Virus record (IMG/VR): IMGVR_UViG_3300020120_000303 | From: an uncultured virus (IMG/VR IMGVR_UViG_3300020120_000303) | Taxonomy: Duplodnaviria > Heunggongvirae > Uroviricota > Caudoviricetes | Direction: 5' to 3' (one strand) | DNA length: 64,000 bases | Shown: one piece after another, positions 46,338-56,241 of the stretch | How the letters are laid out: every line of letters starts with the position of its first letter | Numbering within the stretch: position 1 is the first letter of the stretch | Made by a program: the position numbers and the translations under genes | The notes under the pieces: generated by a model | What the model saw: only the letters and a program-made list of their open reading frames with translations | Database searches by the model: none | What the model was told of the DNA's origin: nothing

Positions 46338-46825
46338 CGCAGCCCCAGCCGCGCGACCCGGTTGATCGCGGCCTGCTCGACCCGCTTGGCCTCGAGGTCA
46401 GCGTCGACGGGCGCCTGCCACTTGTAGCCCGTCGGCTCGACCACCACCTGCTCGGTGGCCTTGCATTCGCAGACGCTCGAATCCCCTGGCTTCCAGCTGC
46501 AGGGTAGGAACCACTTCCGGATGCCGGCGCCGCTTTCGTGGTTGTCCTCGTCGGCCGGCTGCATGTCGAAATCCCGCAGAGCGCGGGCCACCTCGTCGTC
46601 TGTGGCGTATTTGCCGCGCGCCGAGACCGAGATCATGTAGTGCCACATCTCGACGCCGTGAAAAAGCGTCCAGGCCAGGGTCGAGAAGACGGTCAGGCGG
46701 CCGCGGGTCCAGACGTGCACGAACGGGTCGCCGGGCAGGGGGCGCGGGCCCAGGTCCTCCCAGTTGGCCCAGGCGGGCGGGCGCTTGGCGGTCAGGCCTT
46801 CGGGCAGCGTCACGGCATCGGTCAT
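46334..46825 (-). CDS. Hypothetical protein
   Basis: WHYMISVS...EDNHE...CEC; coupled. Confidence 0.6.
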   Translation of the reverse strand: MTDAVTLPEGLTAKRPPAWANWEDLGPRPLPGDPFVHVWTRGRLTVFSTLAWTLFHGVEMWHYMISVSARGKYATDDEVARALRDFDMQPADEDNHESGAGIRKWFLPCSWKPGDSSVCECKATEQVVVEPTGYKWQAPVDADLEAKRVEQAAINRVARLGLR

Positions 46826-48483
46826 GGCGGCGCCTTGGGATAGAGGACCTCCCAGAGCTTTTGTCCCAGTTCCTGCCGGGCCCGAGCCTCAGCAACGTGC
46901 GTATCAAGGTTCGAGACAACGGGCTCGACAGAGAGGACGCCGCGAATGCACTTGAGCGCGGCCGTGACCGCCACGGCATCGTCAGCCCGGATGTCGTGTT
47001 CCAGCGTGACCACGTAGCACTTGATTCGATCAGTCATGGTTCCCCCCTCAGCCGGCGCAGCCAGGCCATGCCTGCCTCGCGCGCGTCGGCGCGGGCAGGA
47101 TAGACCGCGGTGGTGACCAGCGGCCGGCCATGAACGGTCACCGATGCGGTCCAGCCGAAGGCTACTTCAGTGAACGAGATACCCTCGAAAAGCCGATAAA
47201 TTGGCTCGAAAGCCCCGCACATGATGGCCCGGTCCGCGCAAGCCCGGCAGGCCTCGATGTGATCGAGCATTGCCATCGCGCCTTCCTCGGTCACGGGCCA
47301 GTGATCACAGGCGGGGCAGGGCTGCAGGTAGCACCGCTGGTTGAAGTCGAGCCACGGTCCGGGCCCTGTCACAACCATCCATCCCGCGCAATTTGGGTAA
47401 CAGGGCAGCGCGGGTGGGGCGATGCAGGCAGGAGCGCATTCGAAATCGTCGAGGCACTTCAGCGGCGTCTTCAGCGGCGGCGGCGGCTTCATGGCAGAGG
47501 ACCGCCGTTGCGCCGCTCCTCAGGCGTGGCCGCGGCGATGCGCGCCTTGATGCATTCCGGGCAGAACTGGACCGGCTTGTCGTGCTCGCACCAGCCGCAG
47601 AGCCAATGGCCGAATTTGCCGGCTTCGGGGCAGTTGGCCCGCTCGAGGTCATCGCGGACCGCGAGGCAGCCGGTCGCACTCTCGAAGTCGTCGGCGGTCT
47701 TCGGCGTCACTTCCGCTCCCGCGCGTCGTCGATCAGCACCACCAGCGCGGCGGCCAAGACCCGGTTCTCCGACAGGGACAGGGCGTCCATCACCTTCGTC
47801 CCCGCCGCGACCTCGGCCAGGATGGGCCGCGCGCGCTCGAGCACGGCCGCCCGGGCGGCAGCAGCGGCGGCGGCCTCGGCCTGGTCCTCAGCCTTGGCCA
47901 TGGGGCCCCTCGGGCGGCAGGCCGGCGTGGTAGCGCTCTAGCAGCGTGATCAAAGGCTCATCCACCCCATACACGCTGGCGTCGAAGTCGGCGGTCAGCG
48001 CATCCCAGAACGCCGCCTTGCGGTCGTTGTGGGCCTGCTGGCGCTGGTTCCGGAAGGTCTGGTAGGCCTGCGTCACCAGGACCAGGAAGTGCGCCAGCGC
48101 TGGCCGCTCGACCGGATCGCCCGGCTTGTCGCCGTTGACGACCGCGGCCAGATAATTCAGGAAGTGGTCAATCTCGGTGTCCATGGTCACCCCTTGAGCT
48201 TGTGCAGTTGGATTGCCAGCGCGGCCGCGGGCTGCTCGCAGCGCTCCAGCAGCTGGACGCACTCATCGAGGATCTCGGCGCGGACCTTCGCCAGGTCCCT
48301 GGCCAGCAGCTCGGCGGTGGCGTACAGGGCAGCCACGCGATCGCCGGTATCCCGCAGCGATGACACCATCACCGGTGCCCGCTCCCACGCCCCCTCCTCG
48401 ACCTCGATGATGCGCGCATGCAGTTTGTAGGTCTCCTTGACCAGGACCTCGGCAGCGCGCTTGGCGTCGGCGAGGCTGCTCAC
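46822..48483 (-). other. Run of small coupled hypothetical ORFs (46822-47037, 47034-47492, 47489-47710, 47707-47901, 47888-48184, 48187-48483)
   Basis: Stop/start overlaps; several are Cys-rich. Confidence 0.55.
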
Positions 48484-50225
48484 TGCGCCAGCTCCGGGTG
48501 AATGCGCAGCTTGCCGCCGTCCCGCAAGAATAGCCCCGCGCCGACCAGCTCGCCCACGTAGGCTTTCCAGGTCCCGCCCGTGATCGTCATGGGCTCGTCC
48601 CCATCCTTGGAACGCGACCGGTTGACCGCATCGTTGAGGACCTGCGGCGTCGCCTCGTGGTTTACCGCCAGCTCCAGCAGGATGTCGACCGTCCCCTTGC
48701 GGAACTTGGACGCCCACTCGTCGAGGATCTCGCTGCGGTTCAAGGTGGCGCGGGGTACCTCAAGGGCGACCCCAGCCGGTGTCAGGCCGAGCTTACCGTC
48801 CTCGCGATCGACGTAGCCGCCGCCCACCAGCTCGCCGATGTACGCCTTGAACGTGCCGCCGGTGACCGTCATCACGGCCAGCACCGCCAGGTCGGCCGGG
48901 GGCACGCGCGCTGGGTGGTGCTGCTGGAGGATCGAGACGAGGCGCAGGACCGCGGCGCGCAGACGCTTGCCGCTGGCGCCGTTGGGGATCGCGGCCTTGG
49001 GAGGCCTCTCCGCTTTCAGGATCGCGCGCATGCCAACCGCGGCGTCCTCGACGATCTTGGTCTCAGCGTCGGGTTTGCCCAATCGCTTCAGGTTGATGTC
49101 CAAGTCAGAGACGACATCGGCGGCGAGGTCCGCATGCTGCTTCAAGGCTTCAGCGACCCGGGCGGCCTGCATTCGTACGCTGAGCAGCTCGCTGCGGATC
49201 CAGGCCGGCGCGACTTCCACACGGACCGACGGCGCGGGCACCTTCACCGCGGGCGCAATCGAGCGCAGCCGCCGCACCTCGGCCTTGAGCGCGTCGACGT
49301 CGTTGGCGGCGATCTCGGTCTCGACCGAGGCTAGCGCCGCGCGCACCTCATCGAGATCGATCGGCGGCAGCTTGCGCGTGGTCTCGCCCGCGCGCCCACC
49401 CGTGGGTGTGGCGCTGGCGTCGTAGGTCTCCTTGCGCAGGATCTTGTGCCTGCCGAAGGACCCCAGCCACTGCGGCGACCACACCAGCGCCGTGCCGGGC
49501 TTCAGGCTGGGCAGATCGTTGGCGATCTCGCGATCCCCCGCGCCCGTCTCCTGGACCCAGCCCGTGATGGCCTTGCGCTCCTGGGGCCCGGTCAGCTGGA
49601 ACGCCAGCATCACCTCGGCCTGGTTGAGGACGTCCTTGTTGACGGCCTGGGGCCGCTGCGAGATGAGCGAGCAGCCCACGCCGTAGTTGCGCCCGAGCTT
49701 GATCAGGCGCTCGACCGCGCCGACCATCTTGGCCACCTCGGGCCGGACCAGCTGGGGCACGAATTCCTGCGCCTCCTCGAACACGATGTGAAGGGGCGAG
49801 CGCGAGCGCCTCTTGGCGTGGAACAGCTCGAGGCAGAACTCGCCGACGAACTTGCGCTGCTCGGCCCCGGTCATCTCCGAGACGTCGAGGACCATCGACG
49901 TCGAGCGGGTGACCACCATCTCGGCGAAGACCTTGCCCGCGGTGGGCGGCAGCGGCAGATCCCCGTGCGCGCCGCCGAACACCGGCACGTTGAGGCCCGA
50001 GGGCTTTTTGCCGTCGGCGGCGAAGCGCAGGCCCCACCACGTCCCGACCGGATCGATCACGACGACCTGGACGCCTACGCCGATCAGCAGCTCGGCCATG
50101 CGGCCCGCGCCGTAGGTCTTGCCTGAGCCCCGGCGGCCCATCCAGGCATAGACCTGCGTGGCCGCGGTCTCGGCGGGCAGGTCCAGGTCCTCGCCCAGGG
50201 CGAGCTTCCAAGTGGCGGCGGTCAC
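48480..50225 (-). CDS. HerA/FtsK-superfamily ATPase with tandem C-terminal winged-helix repeats
   Basis: GRRGSGKT, VVIDPVG, IVFEEAQ and GRNYGVG..LISQRP; two MTxTGGTxKAYxGELVGxG repeats. Confidence 0.85.
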   Translation of the reverse strand: MTAATWKLALGEDLDLPAETAATQVYAWMGRRGSGKTYGAGRMAELLIGVGVQVVVIDPVGTWWGLRFAADGKKPSGLNVPVFGGAHGDLPLPPTAGKVFAEMVVTRSTSMVLDVSEMTGAEQRKFVGEFCLELFHAKRRSRSPLHIVFEEAQEFVPQLVRPEVAKMVGAVERLIKLGRNYGVGCSLISQRPQAVNKDVLNQAEVMLAFQLTGPQERKAITGWVQETGAGDREIANDLPSLKPGTALVWSPQWLGSFGRHKILRKETYDASATPTGGRAGETTRKLPPIDLDEVRAALASVETEIAANDVDALKAEVRRLRSIAPAVKVPAPSVRVEVAPAWIRSELLSVRMQAARVAEALKQHADLAADVVSDLDINLKRLGKPDAETKIVEDAAVGMRAILKAERPPKAAIPNGASGKRLRAAVLRLVSILQQHHPARVPPADLAVLAVMTVTGGTFKAYIGELVGGGYVDREDGKLGLTPAGVALEVPRATLNRSEILDEWASKFRKGTVDILLELAVNHEATPQVLNDAVNRSRSKDGDEPMTITGGTWKAYVGELVGAGLFLRDGGKLRIHPELAQ

Positions 50226-50569
50226 CGCCGCTTGGCCTTCCTGTGAAGCCCGGCGATTGCGGGCGCGAGACCAGCGTCAACGCATTTGACACAGATCGGG
50301 CCGGTTGCGCGCACGCCATGCACGCACGTGTCGTTTTCGTCGAACGGGCGCGACACGGTCTTCATCGTGGCCAGCGCAATCTTGTTGGCTTGCCTGGGCG
50401 TGACCCCGAGGCGGGCATTGAGGCGCGCGACGATGCCCTCGATCTCGTCGCGCGGCCCCGCCTCGTAGTCCCGCACGGGCCGGTAGCCGTCGTCGCCTTC
50501 GACCACCAGCGCGACGATGCAACGGCCGGGAGGGCCGGGCTCGACCACGACATACGCTGCGTTGGCCAT
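50222..50569 (-). CDS. Hypothetical protein
   Basis: MANAAYVV...; C-terminal CVH..CVKC. Confidence 0.55.
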   Translation of the reverse strand: MANAAYVVVEPGPPGRCIVALVVEGDDGYRPVRDYEAGPRDEIEGIVARLNARLGVTPRQANKIALATMKTVSRPFDENDTCVHGVRATGPICVKCVDAGLAPAIAGLHRKAKRR

Positions 50570-50802
50570 TACTTCCCCTCCTTTGCGTCTCGCTCGGCCT
50601 TCTCGCGCTCCATGCGTTCCTCGCCCGCGCCGATGATCCAGGCGTTGAAGCTGAGGCCCACGCGCTTGGCCGCGCGCTTGAAGGCCTCGAGCAGCGGCCC
50701 GGGCAACCGGATGCCCCGGACCGGATCCTTGCGCGTGATCGTCGGCTTCGCGGTGAACTGGTTCCCGCTCATCACCGCCACGTGTATCACACCATTCCTC
50801 AT
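50569..50802 (-). CDS. Ribbon-helix-helix (Arc/HicB-like) regulator
   Basis: RGIRLPGPLLEAFKRAAKRVGLSFNAWI; true start probably near 50773-50776. Confidence 0.75.
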   Translation of the reverse strand: MRNGVIHVAVMSGNQFTAKPTITRKDPVRGIRLPGPLLEAFKRAAKRVGLSFNAWIIGAGEERMEREKAERDAKEGK

Positions 50803-50996
50803 CGCGGCAACCCACCGTCAGGAACGCCGCCATCTGGCGCAGAAACCACGGCCTGCCCCTCAGGGCATGGTGTCTTCCACTGACACACCGGCGCGGCCGG
50901 GTAGTTGGGCCGGCCCGGACCGATGTCGTCGGTCATCTCGTCGCCGCAGGCCGCGCCCGTGAGTGCCAGCACCAGGACCAGCGCGAGCCGGATCAC
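50799..50996 (-). CDS. Small lipoprotein
   Basis: MIRLALVLVLALTGAAC lipobox. Confidence 0.6.
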   Translation of the reverse strand: MIRLALVLVLALTGAACGDEMTDDIGPGRPNYPAAPVCQWKTPCPEGQAVVSAPDGGVPDGGLPR

Positions 50997-51379
50997 TTGG
51001 ACACGTCCTCTCGCCAGGCCCGAACGATCTCGCGCCCGACGAACAGCCAGATGGGCGGCATGGCGACCATCACGTAGATCGTGAGGGCGTTCACAGCCGC
51101 ACCATCCGCGCATGTTCGCCGCGGGCGGCGAGGTCGGCGATCACCTCTTTGGCGCGCGCGGCGGTGATCCCGCGGGCCCAGGCGACGGTGGCCCAGCGAC
51201 CGCCCTTTTCGATTTGGACATCGTACTGACCAGATTTAAACAGCATGGAATCAGGGCTCCTTGTCTCCATTATGGTGTAGCACACGAACAAGGGCTGAAC
51301 CGAAAAGTGCCGCGGAAGCCCGGGCGAATTGCCAAGGTGCCAGCGTTGCCCCTGACGTACGCGTGTTGCACACCATTGA

Positions 51380-51862
51380 ATGGCACTTACACCAGAGCAG
51401 GCAGCGCAACGTTTTCGAGACCTTTTGACCAGCAACGGCTTTACGCCGGAGGACGTGAAAGTGAGCGTCGACCCGATGTCCCTGGGCAGCACGATCGACG
51501 TGACGATCATGCGGCTCGGCATTCGCCTCGATGCGATAGACCGCTTGGCGCAGAAGCACCTAGAAATCGAGGTCGACGCCGCCGGCGAGCTGCTGCTGGG
51601 CTGGAACCGGCACGTGGACGTCAGGTATGCCCGGGCCGCGCTGGCGCCCCTGCAGGCCGAGGCAGCGGCCCGCATCGGCCTCCTGAAGCGCGGGCAGAGC
51701 GCCGAGCTCGGGTCCTACGTCGTTACTCGAAGCGACGTGGGCTGGGAGGTCGCGGTCAAGCACCTGCCCGACGAGCTGCCACGCACCTTCCCGAGCCGGG
51801 AGCGCGCTGCGCTCTGGGTGGCGCAATGGGTGGCGGCCAGCGGAAAGAAGTCGATACCTTGA
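51380..51862 (+). CDS. Hypothetical protein
   Basis: Divergent from the 51091-51246 ORF; preceded by an operator-like palindrome. Confidence 0.65.
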   Translation: MALTPEQAAQRFRDLLTSNGFTPEDVKVSVDPMSLGSTIDVTIMRLGIRLDAIDRLAQKHLEIEVDAAGELLLGWNRHVDVRYARAALAPLQAEAAARIGLLKRGQSAELGSYVVTRSDVGWEVAVKHLPDELPRTFPSRERAALWVAQWVAASGKKSIP

Positions 51863-51894
51863 GGGCGCTGGGTAGCAGCGCCATCTTGGTGGGC
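51852..51894 (+). promoter_or_regulatory. Phage promoter motif (CGATACC-TTGAGG-N17-CATCTT-N7-ATG)
   Basis: Variant copy of the conserved motif. Confidence 0.55.
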
Positions 51895-52230
51895 ATGCTC
51901 CCCACCTGGCAGGCCTTGGGAAAGCTCGACGTGTCCATCGGCGGGCCCGAGCGGGCCGGATCGCTGGTCCGCTGCAACGGCTGCGGCGGGCGCGGCCGGC
52001 GCCTCGTGTACGTGCAAGACGGGCCCGAGGACGAGAGCCCGGACTGGGATTACTGCGCGATCTGCCAGGGCCAGGGGCAGTTCGCGCTGCCCGTCGAGCG
52101 CTTCATCCTGGAGCGCCAGGCTCGCCTGGGCGAGGTCCATCCGGTCTTCGAGGACTTCCTGCCCGAGGACGAGGACGACATCGAGGCGCGGCCGCGGCGG
52201 GCCTTGCGTCGGCTGACCGACGCCGCCTGA
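51895..52230 (+). CDS. DnaJ-type Zn-finger (CxxCxGxG x2) protein
   Basis: CNGCGGRG...CAICQGQG. Confidence 0.65.
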   Translation: MLPTWQALGKLDVSIGGPERAGSLVRCNGCGGRGRRLVYVQDGPEDESPDWDYCAICQGQGQFALPVERFILERQARLGEVHPVFEDFLPEDEDDIEARPRRALRRLTDAA

Positions 52231-52767
52231 TCAGTCCTTGGTCGCGACGACCACGGTAAGGGAGACCACGAGCAAGGCCCACGTGGCCACGCTCAAGATG
52301 GACAGCGGGCAGGCGCGGAGGCACCACACCATCAGGCCGCCGATGGCGAAGAAGCCGACCCGCGCGGCGGTGGCCCACCAAGGCGGCTTCATGTGCCCGC
52401 CTCGATCCGCCGGCGCTCGGCACCGGCCGCGCACGAGCAGTAGACCTCGCGGGCGTCCGGGATGTAGTCATCCTCCGTGCCTGGAACCAGCTCGTAACCG
52501 ATGCCGCGGCCGCCGCAGCACGGGAAGGCTTCGGGCGGTCCCATGTTCCGGTGCATCACGCTTCGGTCGGGGTAGAGGGCAGGGTCAGAGGGTGGGGCGG
52601 TCGGCATTGATGCTCGCCTCCTGCTCTTTGAGCCATTCGATGCAGCCATCGCAGACGGTGTCGACCACCAGCGCGTTTTCGCACGCGCAGCCGAAATCAG
52701 GCGGATTGATGCGGTCGTCGAGGTCGTAGTCATCGACGCCAAAATCGTCGAGGTCGTCGTCGTCCAT
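52231..52767 (-). other. Small ORFs (membrane peptide ~52231-52392, Cys-rich ~52389-52557, acidic 52585-52767)
   Basis: Coupled small frames. Confidence 0.45.
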
Positions 52768-52830
52768 CGCGGCGCTCAGAATGCCACGTCGTCGTCGCCG
52801 TGCACGGGATCCAGCGGCCGGCCCACTACC

Positions 52831-53088
52831 CTAGTCCATGTTGCGCTTGCGCTGGATTTCGACCTCGGCGCGTTCGTCCTTGATGTACTCGCGCAGGGCG
52901 GGCGCCGAGTATACGGCGCCGTCGGGGGTCTTGGGCGGCAAGGCGGCCTGCAGTTCAGCCACGGCCTGTTCGAGTGTCGTGGGTTTCAGCAGGATTTCCC
53001 GGGCCATCCGATACAGCGTCTCATCGTTGTTCAGCCAGAGGGAGACGTTCCAATGCGTCCAGCTCTTGTGCCCCTCGTACGGTGGCAT
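52831..53088 (-). CDS. Conserved-looking phage protein
   Basis: YEGHKSWTHWNVSLWLNNDETLY...KTPDGAVYS. Confidence 0.7.
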   Translation of the reverse strand: MPPYEGHKSWTHWNVSLWLNNDETLYRMAREILLKPTTLEQAVAELQAALPPKTPDGAVYSAPALREYIKDERAEVEIQRKRNMD

Positions 53089-53342
53089 CAGCGTGCCCCC
53101 TTCCGCAGCGCCCTGGCTTCGTCCGCCGCCGCTTGGCCTTGCCGATGGTACTTAGCCGCCCGCTCGGGCGCAGCCGCGCGCCAAGCGTCCTGCAGCGCTT
53201 GGCCCTCGTCAGTGGTCAGCTTGCGGCCGAGGACGGTTTCAAAGTGCATCCAGATGGTGCGCACGTCGGTGCCCTTTTGCGCCATGGCGAGGGCCTTGGC
53301 GGCCAGTTCCACAGGGGTCAGAGAATCGGGAGTAGAGGCCAT
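53088..53342 (-). CDS. Hypothetical protein
   Basis: TGATG coupling to the next gene. Confidence 0.55.
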   Translation of the reverse strand: MASTPDSLTPVELAAKALAMAQKGTDVRTIWMHFETVLGRKLTTDEGQALQDAWRAAAPERAAKYHRQGQAAADEARALRKGAR

Positions 53343-53384
53343 CTCAAGGCTCTACCCGAGGCCGCGGTGCGATTCGAGACCGCG

Positions 53385-54875
53385 TTAGAAACGCACGTCG
53401 TCGTCACCATGCACGAGGTCGAGAGGCGGCGGCTCATCGTCGGTGGGGTCTGCCTCAGGCACACCAAAGTCCACGGGACCCACAGCAGCGGCTGCCGCTG
53501 CTGCGTTGCCCTTGCAGAAAACCAGAACATTCTGATGGCAACGCTGCAGCTTTAGGCCTCGCGTAAAACCCGGGGCCGCGCGCAGTCGGGCAGTGCCAAC
53601 CGGCGTGACCAGCACTGCCTCATTGTAGAGGCGCGCCCCGGCCGCCTCGAAAGCCGCCACGGTCTCGCCGGCTAGGTCGATAAAGAAACCGCCAGAATCG
53701 CGGTACGCGCACACGACAAAGCAGGCGAAACGGTCTGGCTTCAAGGCGGCAACGGCGTGATGGATGACGCTGCGGTAGCTGACCAGGAAAGCGTTGGCGG
53801 TCATGGTCGACAGGTCGCGCGGGTCCTTGCTGTAAACCTCCAGGTTGCCGTACGGCGGACAGCTGAAGAGGAAATCTACGGGGTCCGGCGCCAGCTCGCG
53901 CAGGTTGATGGCGTCGCCCAGGATCCAGTTAGGCGTCGGCCCGGTCACCCGGCCATCAGCCCGCACGCGCTCGGCCTGCGCGCGGTTCGCGTCGACCTGT
54001 TCCGTCCTCAACTCGATCCCCGTGTAGATGCGCCCCAGGGCGCTGGCGACGATGCCACGCACGCTGCCGCCGGCGAACGGATCAAGCACGGTCCCAGTGG
54101 GCGGGGAAAACCAGCGATAGGCCAGTTCAGAAAGCACGGGGTCAAAGATGCTGGTCCGGCCCAGGGCAACGATCTGCTGGCTTACCCAGTCGTCTTTGCC
54201 GCGAGGATTGAACGTCAGCCCCTCGCTGCGGCCCTCACCGCTTTCAATACCCTGGGCGATCCAGGCACGTTTACGGTCCAGCCAATAACCTTGCCGCGCG
54301 TCCAGCACGCTGAAAGGCGGGACGCCGAAGCGTTCGGTCAGTGACCGGGCAGCGCCGTCGCGACCATCGCCACCAGAAGAGGGGCCCGGGTCCTCTAGTT
54401 GCTCGGCCAAAAGCTCCTGCAGGGCATCGAGGCGCAGGGCCGTGAAGCGGGCGTCCTCCTCGAGCGCGGCGACCTGCTCGAGCGCGGCCGCGGTGAAAGC
54501 GCCAGCCACGGCCGGGTTGTTGGCCACGAGGTTGGCGATGCGCTGGGTGGGCTCATCCCAGTCGACCATCCGGATCGGGAACTGCTCGCCCGTTTTCGGG
54601 TGCACGATCACGCCACCCATCGCGCCCGATGGCGACAGCACGCCGCTGGCCTGCCACCGGGTCGCGCCTGCTCGTCGGAGGGCCGTCACCCGCTGGTGCC
54701 CGGTCACGAGCTGCCCGGTCCGGGTGTTGAAGACGATGCCCGAGAGATCGCCGAAGTCCTCGACCGAGACCTCCAGGCCGGCGAGGTTCTCGTCGCTGAT
54801 CACGCGGGGATTTGCGGGGTCCGCAGCGAGCTCGGACAGGTCGCGGTCAGCGGGGCGGGGGTTTGTTTTTGCCAT
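53385..54875 (-). CDS. ParB-like domain fused to amino (N6A/N4C) DNA methyltransferase
   Basis: NPR...GHQR ParB motif; PPFSVLDARQGYW, SIFDPVL, VLDPFAGGSVRG (motif I) and FSCPPY (motif IV). Confidence 0.85.
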   Translation of the reverse strand: MAKTNPRPADRDLSELAADPANPRVISDENLAGLEVSVEDFGDLSGIVFNTRTGQLVTGHQRVTALRRAGATRWQASGVLSPSGAMGGVIVHPKTGEQFPIRMVDWDEPTQRIANLVANNPAVAGAFTAAALEQVAALEEDARFTALRLDALQELLAEQLEDPGPSSGGDGRDGAARSLTERFGVPPFSVLDARQGYWLDRKRAWIAQGIESGEGRSEGLTFNPRGKDDWVSQQIVALGRTSIFDPVLSELAYRWFSPPTGTVLDPFAGGSVRGIVASALGRIYTGIELRTEQVDANRAQAERVRADGRVTGPTPNWILGDAINLRELAPDPVDFLFSCPPYGNLEVYSKDPRDLSTMTANAFLVSYRSVIHHAVAALKPDRFACFVVCAYRDSGGFFIDLAGETVAAFEAAGARLYNEAVLVTPVGTARLRAAPGFTRGLKLQRCHQNVLVFCKGNAAAAAAAVGPVDFGVPEADPTDDEPPPLDLVHGDDDVRF

Positions 54876-54890
54876 GTAAATGCCTTGTTT

Positions 54891-55502
54891 TTATAACGGT
54901 GGACGGTCGCGCTTCGCGGCGGCGGCCTCGCCCAGCAGCCGCTCGTAGGCGGTCAGCAGCCGCTCAAATTGGTCCTTCAGCTTGCGGTAGTACTCGGCCG
55001 CCCCGGACGCGGCCGCCAGCTCGCGGTCGCGCCAGGCAATCTCCGCCGTGGCCTCGGCCAGGCGCTTGGCCATTTCGTCTTGGACCCCCAGCGCGCACTC
55101 GTAGCAATCGACGCGGGTGCAGTTCCTGTCGAGGTGGGCGAGCGACTGAAGGCTCATCACCACGAAGCCCTCGGGAATGCCCCACGCAGGGCCACGCGCG
55201 AGGTATGAGACGGACCTGCGCAGCTCGCGGCCGGTGTACTTGCCCGGTGGTTCCTTGGCCCACTCGACCGTGTGCGGTCCGAGATCGGGAGCGAAGCCCG
55301 GGGGGTATGGCGTTCCGCCCTCCCACTCCCGGCGCGGCACCCATTCCTTGAGCACCAGCACGTTGCCGGGGTCGAAGCCCCGATCGTCGCGCCGGAACTC
55401 GAAGGTCTTGCGGCCGCATCGAAGCGCCTCGAAGGGGTCGGGCCAGGTCTTCAGCTCGTGGACCACGTCCGGGCGCCAGTATTGCAGCTCGTTGAGGGTC
55501 AT
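54891..55502 (-). CDS. ASCH/PUA-like (DUF3850) protein with coiled-coil tail
   Basis: HELKTWPDPFEA...GRKTFEFRRDDRGF..G.VL.LKEW. Confidence 0.8.
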   Translation of the reverse strand: MTLNELQYWRPDVVHELKTWPDPFEALRCGRKTFEFRRDDRGFDPGNVLVLKEWVPRREWEGGTPYPPGFAPDLGPHTVEWAKEPPGKYTGRELRRSVSYLARGPAWGIPEGFVVMSLQSLAHLDRNCTRVDCYECALGVQDEMAKRLAEATAEIAWRDRELAAASGAAEYYRKLKDQFERLLTAYERLLGEAAAAKRDRPPL

Positions 55503-55936
55503 CGCGCCGGCCCCACCGTGCCGTCGGGGTGGAGGGCCACGAGCTGGCCGGCCTCGATCGGCTCGCGCGCCACCAGCGGCGTCACCTCGCGCATGCCATG
55601 CATCTGCACCCAGCGCCGCAGGGCCTCCAGGTCGATGAACACTGGCAGGCCCAGGCTGTTGGCCAGGTCGACCTCGGCGCGCGTGCCCTTGCTGGTCTCG
55701 ACGTGCGCGGTGTCGAACACGTAGACGGCATCGCACCGGCGCAGCAGCTCGGCCGTGCCGGCGTACCAGAAGGCCTCGGTCTGCGCCGAAATCATGTTGA
55801 CCGTAATCGAATGCGGGACAACCGGCATTGCGCCGCACCCAGCAACGCTGATCCCGGCGAGTTCGGCGGCGAAGACGTTCTCGCGGATGCTCTTGGGGCC
55901 GGCGTTGAAGGCCCCAGCGATGTACACCAGCTTCAC
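55499..55936 (-). CDS. Nucleoside 2-deoxyribosyltransferase-like (DUF4406-type) protein
   Basis: VYIAG, LLRRCDAVY and SKGTRAEVDLA..LGLPVF. Confidence 0.75.
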   Translation of the reverse strand: MKLVYIAGAFNAGPKSIRENVFAAELAGISVAGCGAMPVVPHSITVNMISAQTEAFWYAGTAELLRRCDAVYVFDTAHVETSKGTRAEVDLANSLGLPVFIDLEALRRWVQMHGMREVTPLVAREPIEAGQLVALHPDGTVGPAR

Positions 55937-56241
55937 GGCCGCGCCTCCCGGTCGATGCCCCGCGCCTTGTCGTCCGCGGCCATCGCCTCGAGCACCGCCA
56001 GCTCGATGCGCGCGTCCCGCACGATGGGCCCCAGCTGCGCCCACAGCGCATAGGCCGCCTCGTGGTGCAGGTGGATCAGGTGCTGCTGGTCCACGCCCAC
56101 GACCCGCAGTAGGCACAGCTGGGCGGTGCCGGCGGGCCTCTCGATCGAGACCGCGACCGGGGGCGGATGCCCCGGCGCGGCGGGCAGGGTCGTGTCGTAG
56201 GTGGTCGGCACCGTGGGCACCTTGGGCTTGCGGCGGCTCAT
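55933..56241 (-). CDS. Hypothetical protein
   Basis: Coupled on both sides. Confidence 0.5.
   Translation of the reverse strand: MSRRKPKVPTVPTTYDTTLPAAPGHPPPVAVSIERPAGTAQLCLLRVVGVDQQHLIHLHHEAAYALWAQLGPIVRDARIELAVLEAMAADDKARGIDREARP

Noticed and set aside
52715..52767. GTC-rich repeats
   Set aside because: Explained by the Asp-rich peptide MDDDDLDDFGVDDYDLDD.
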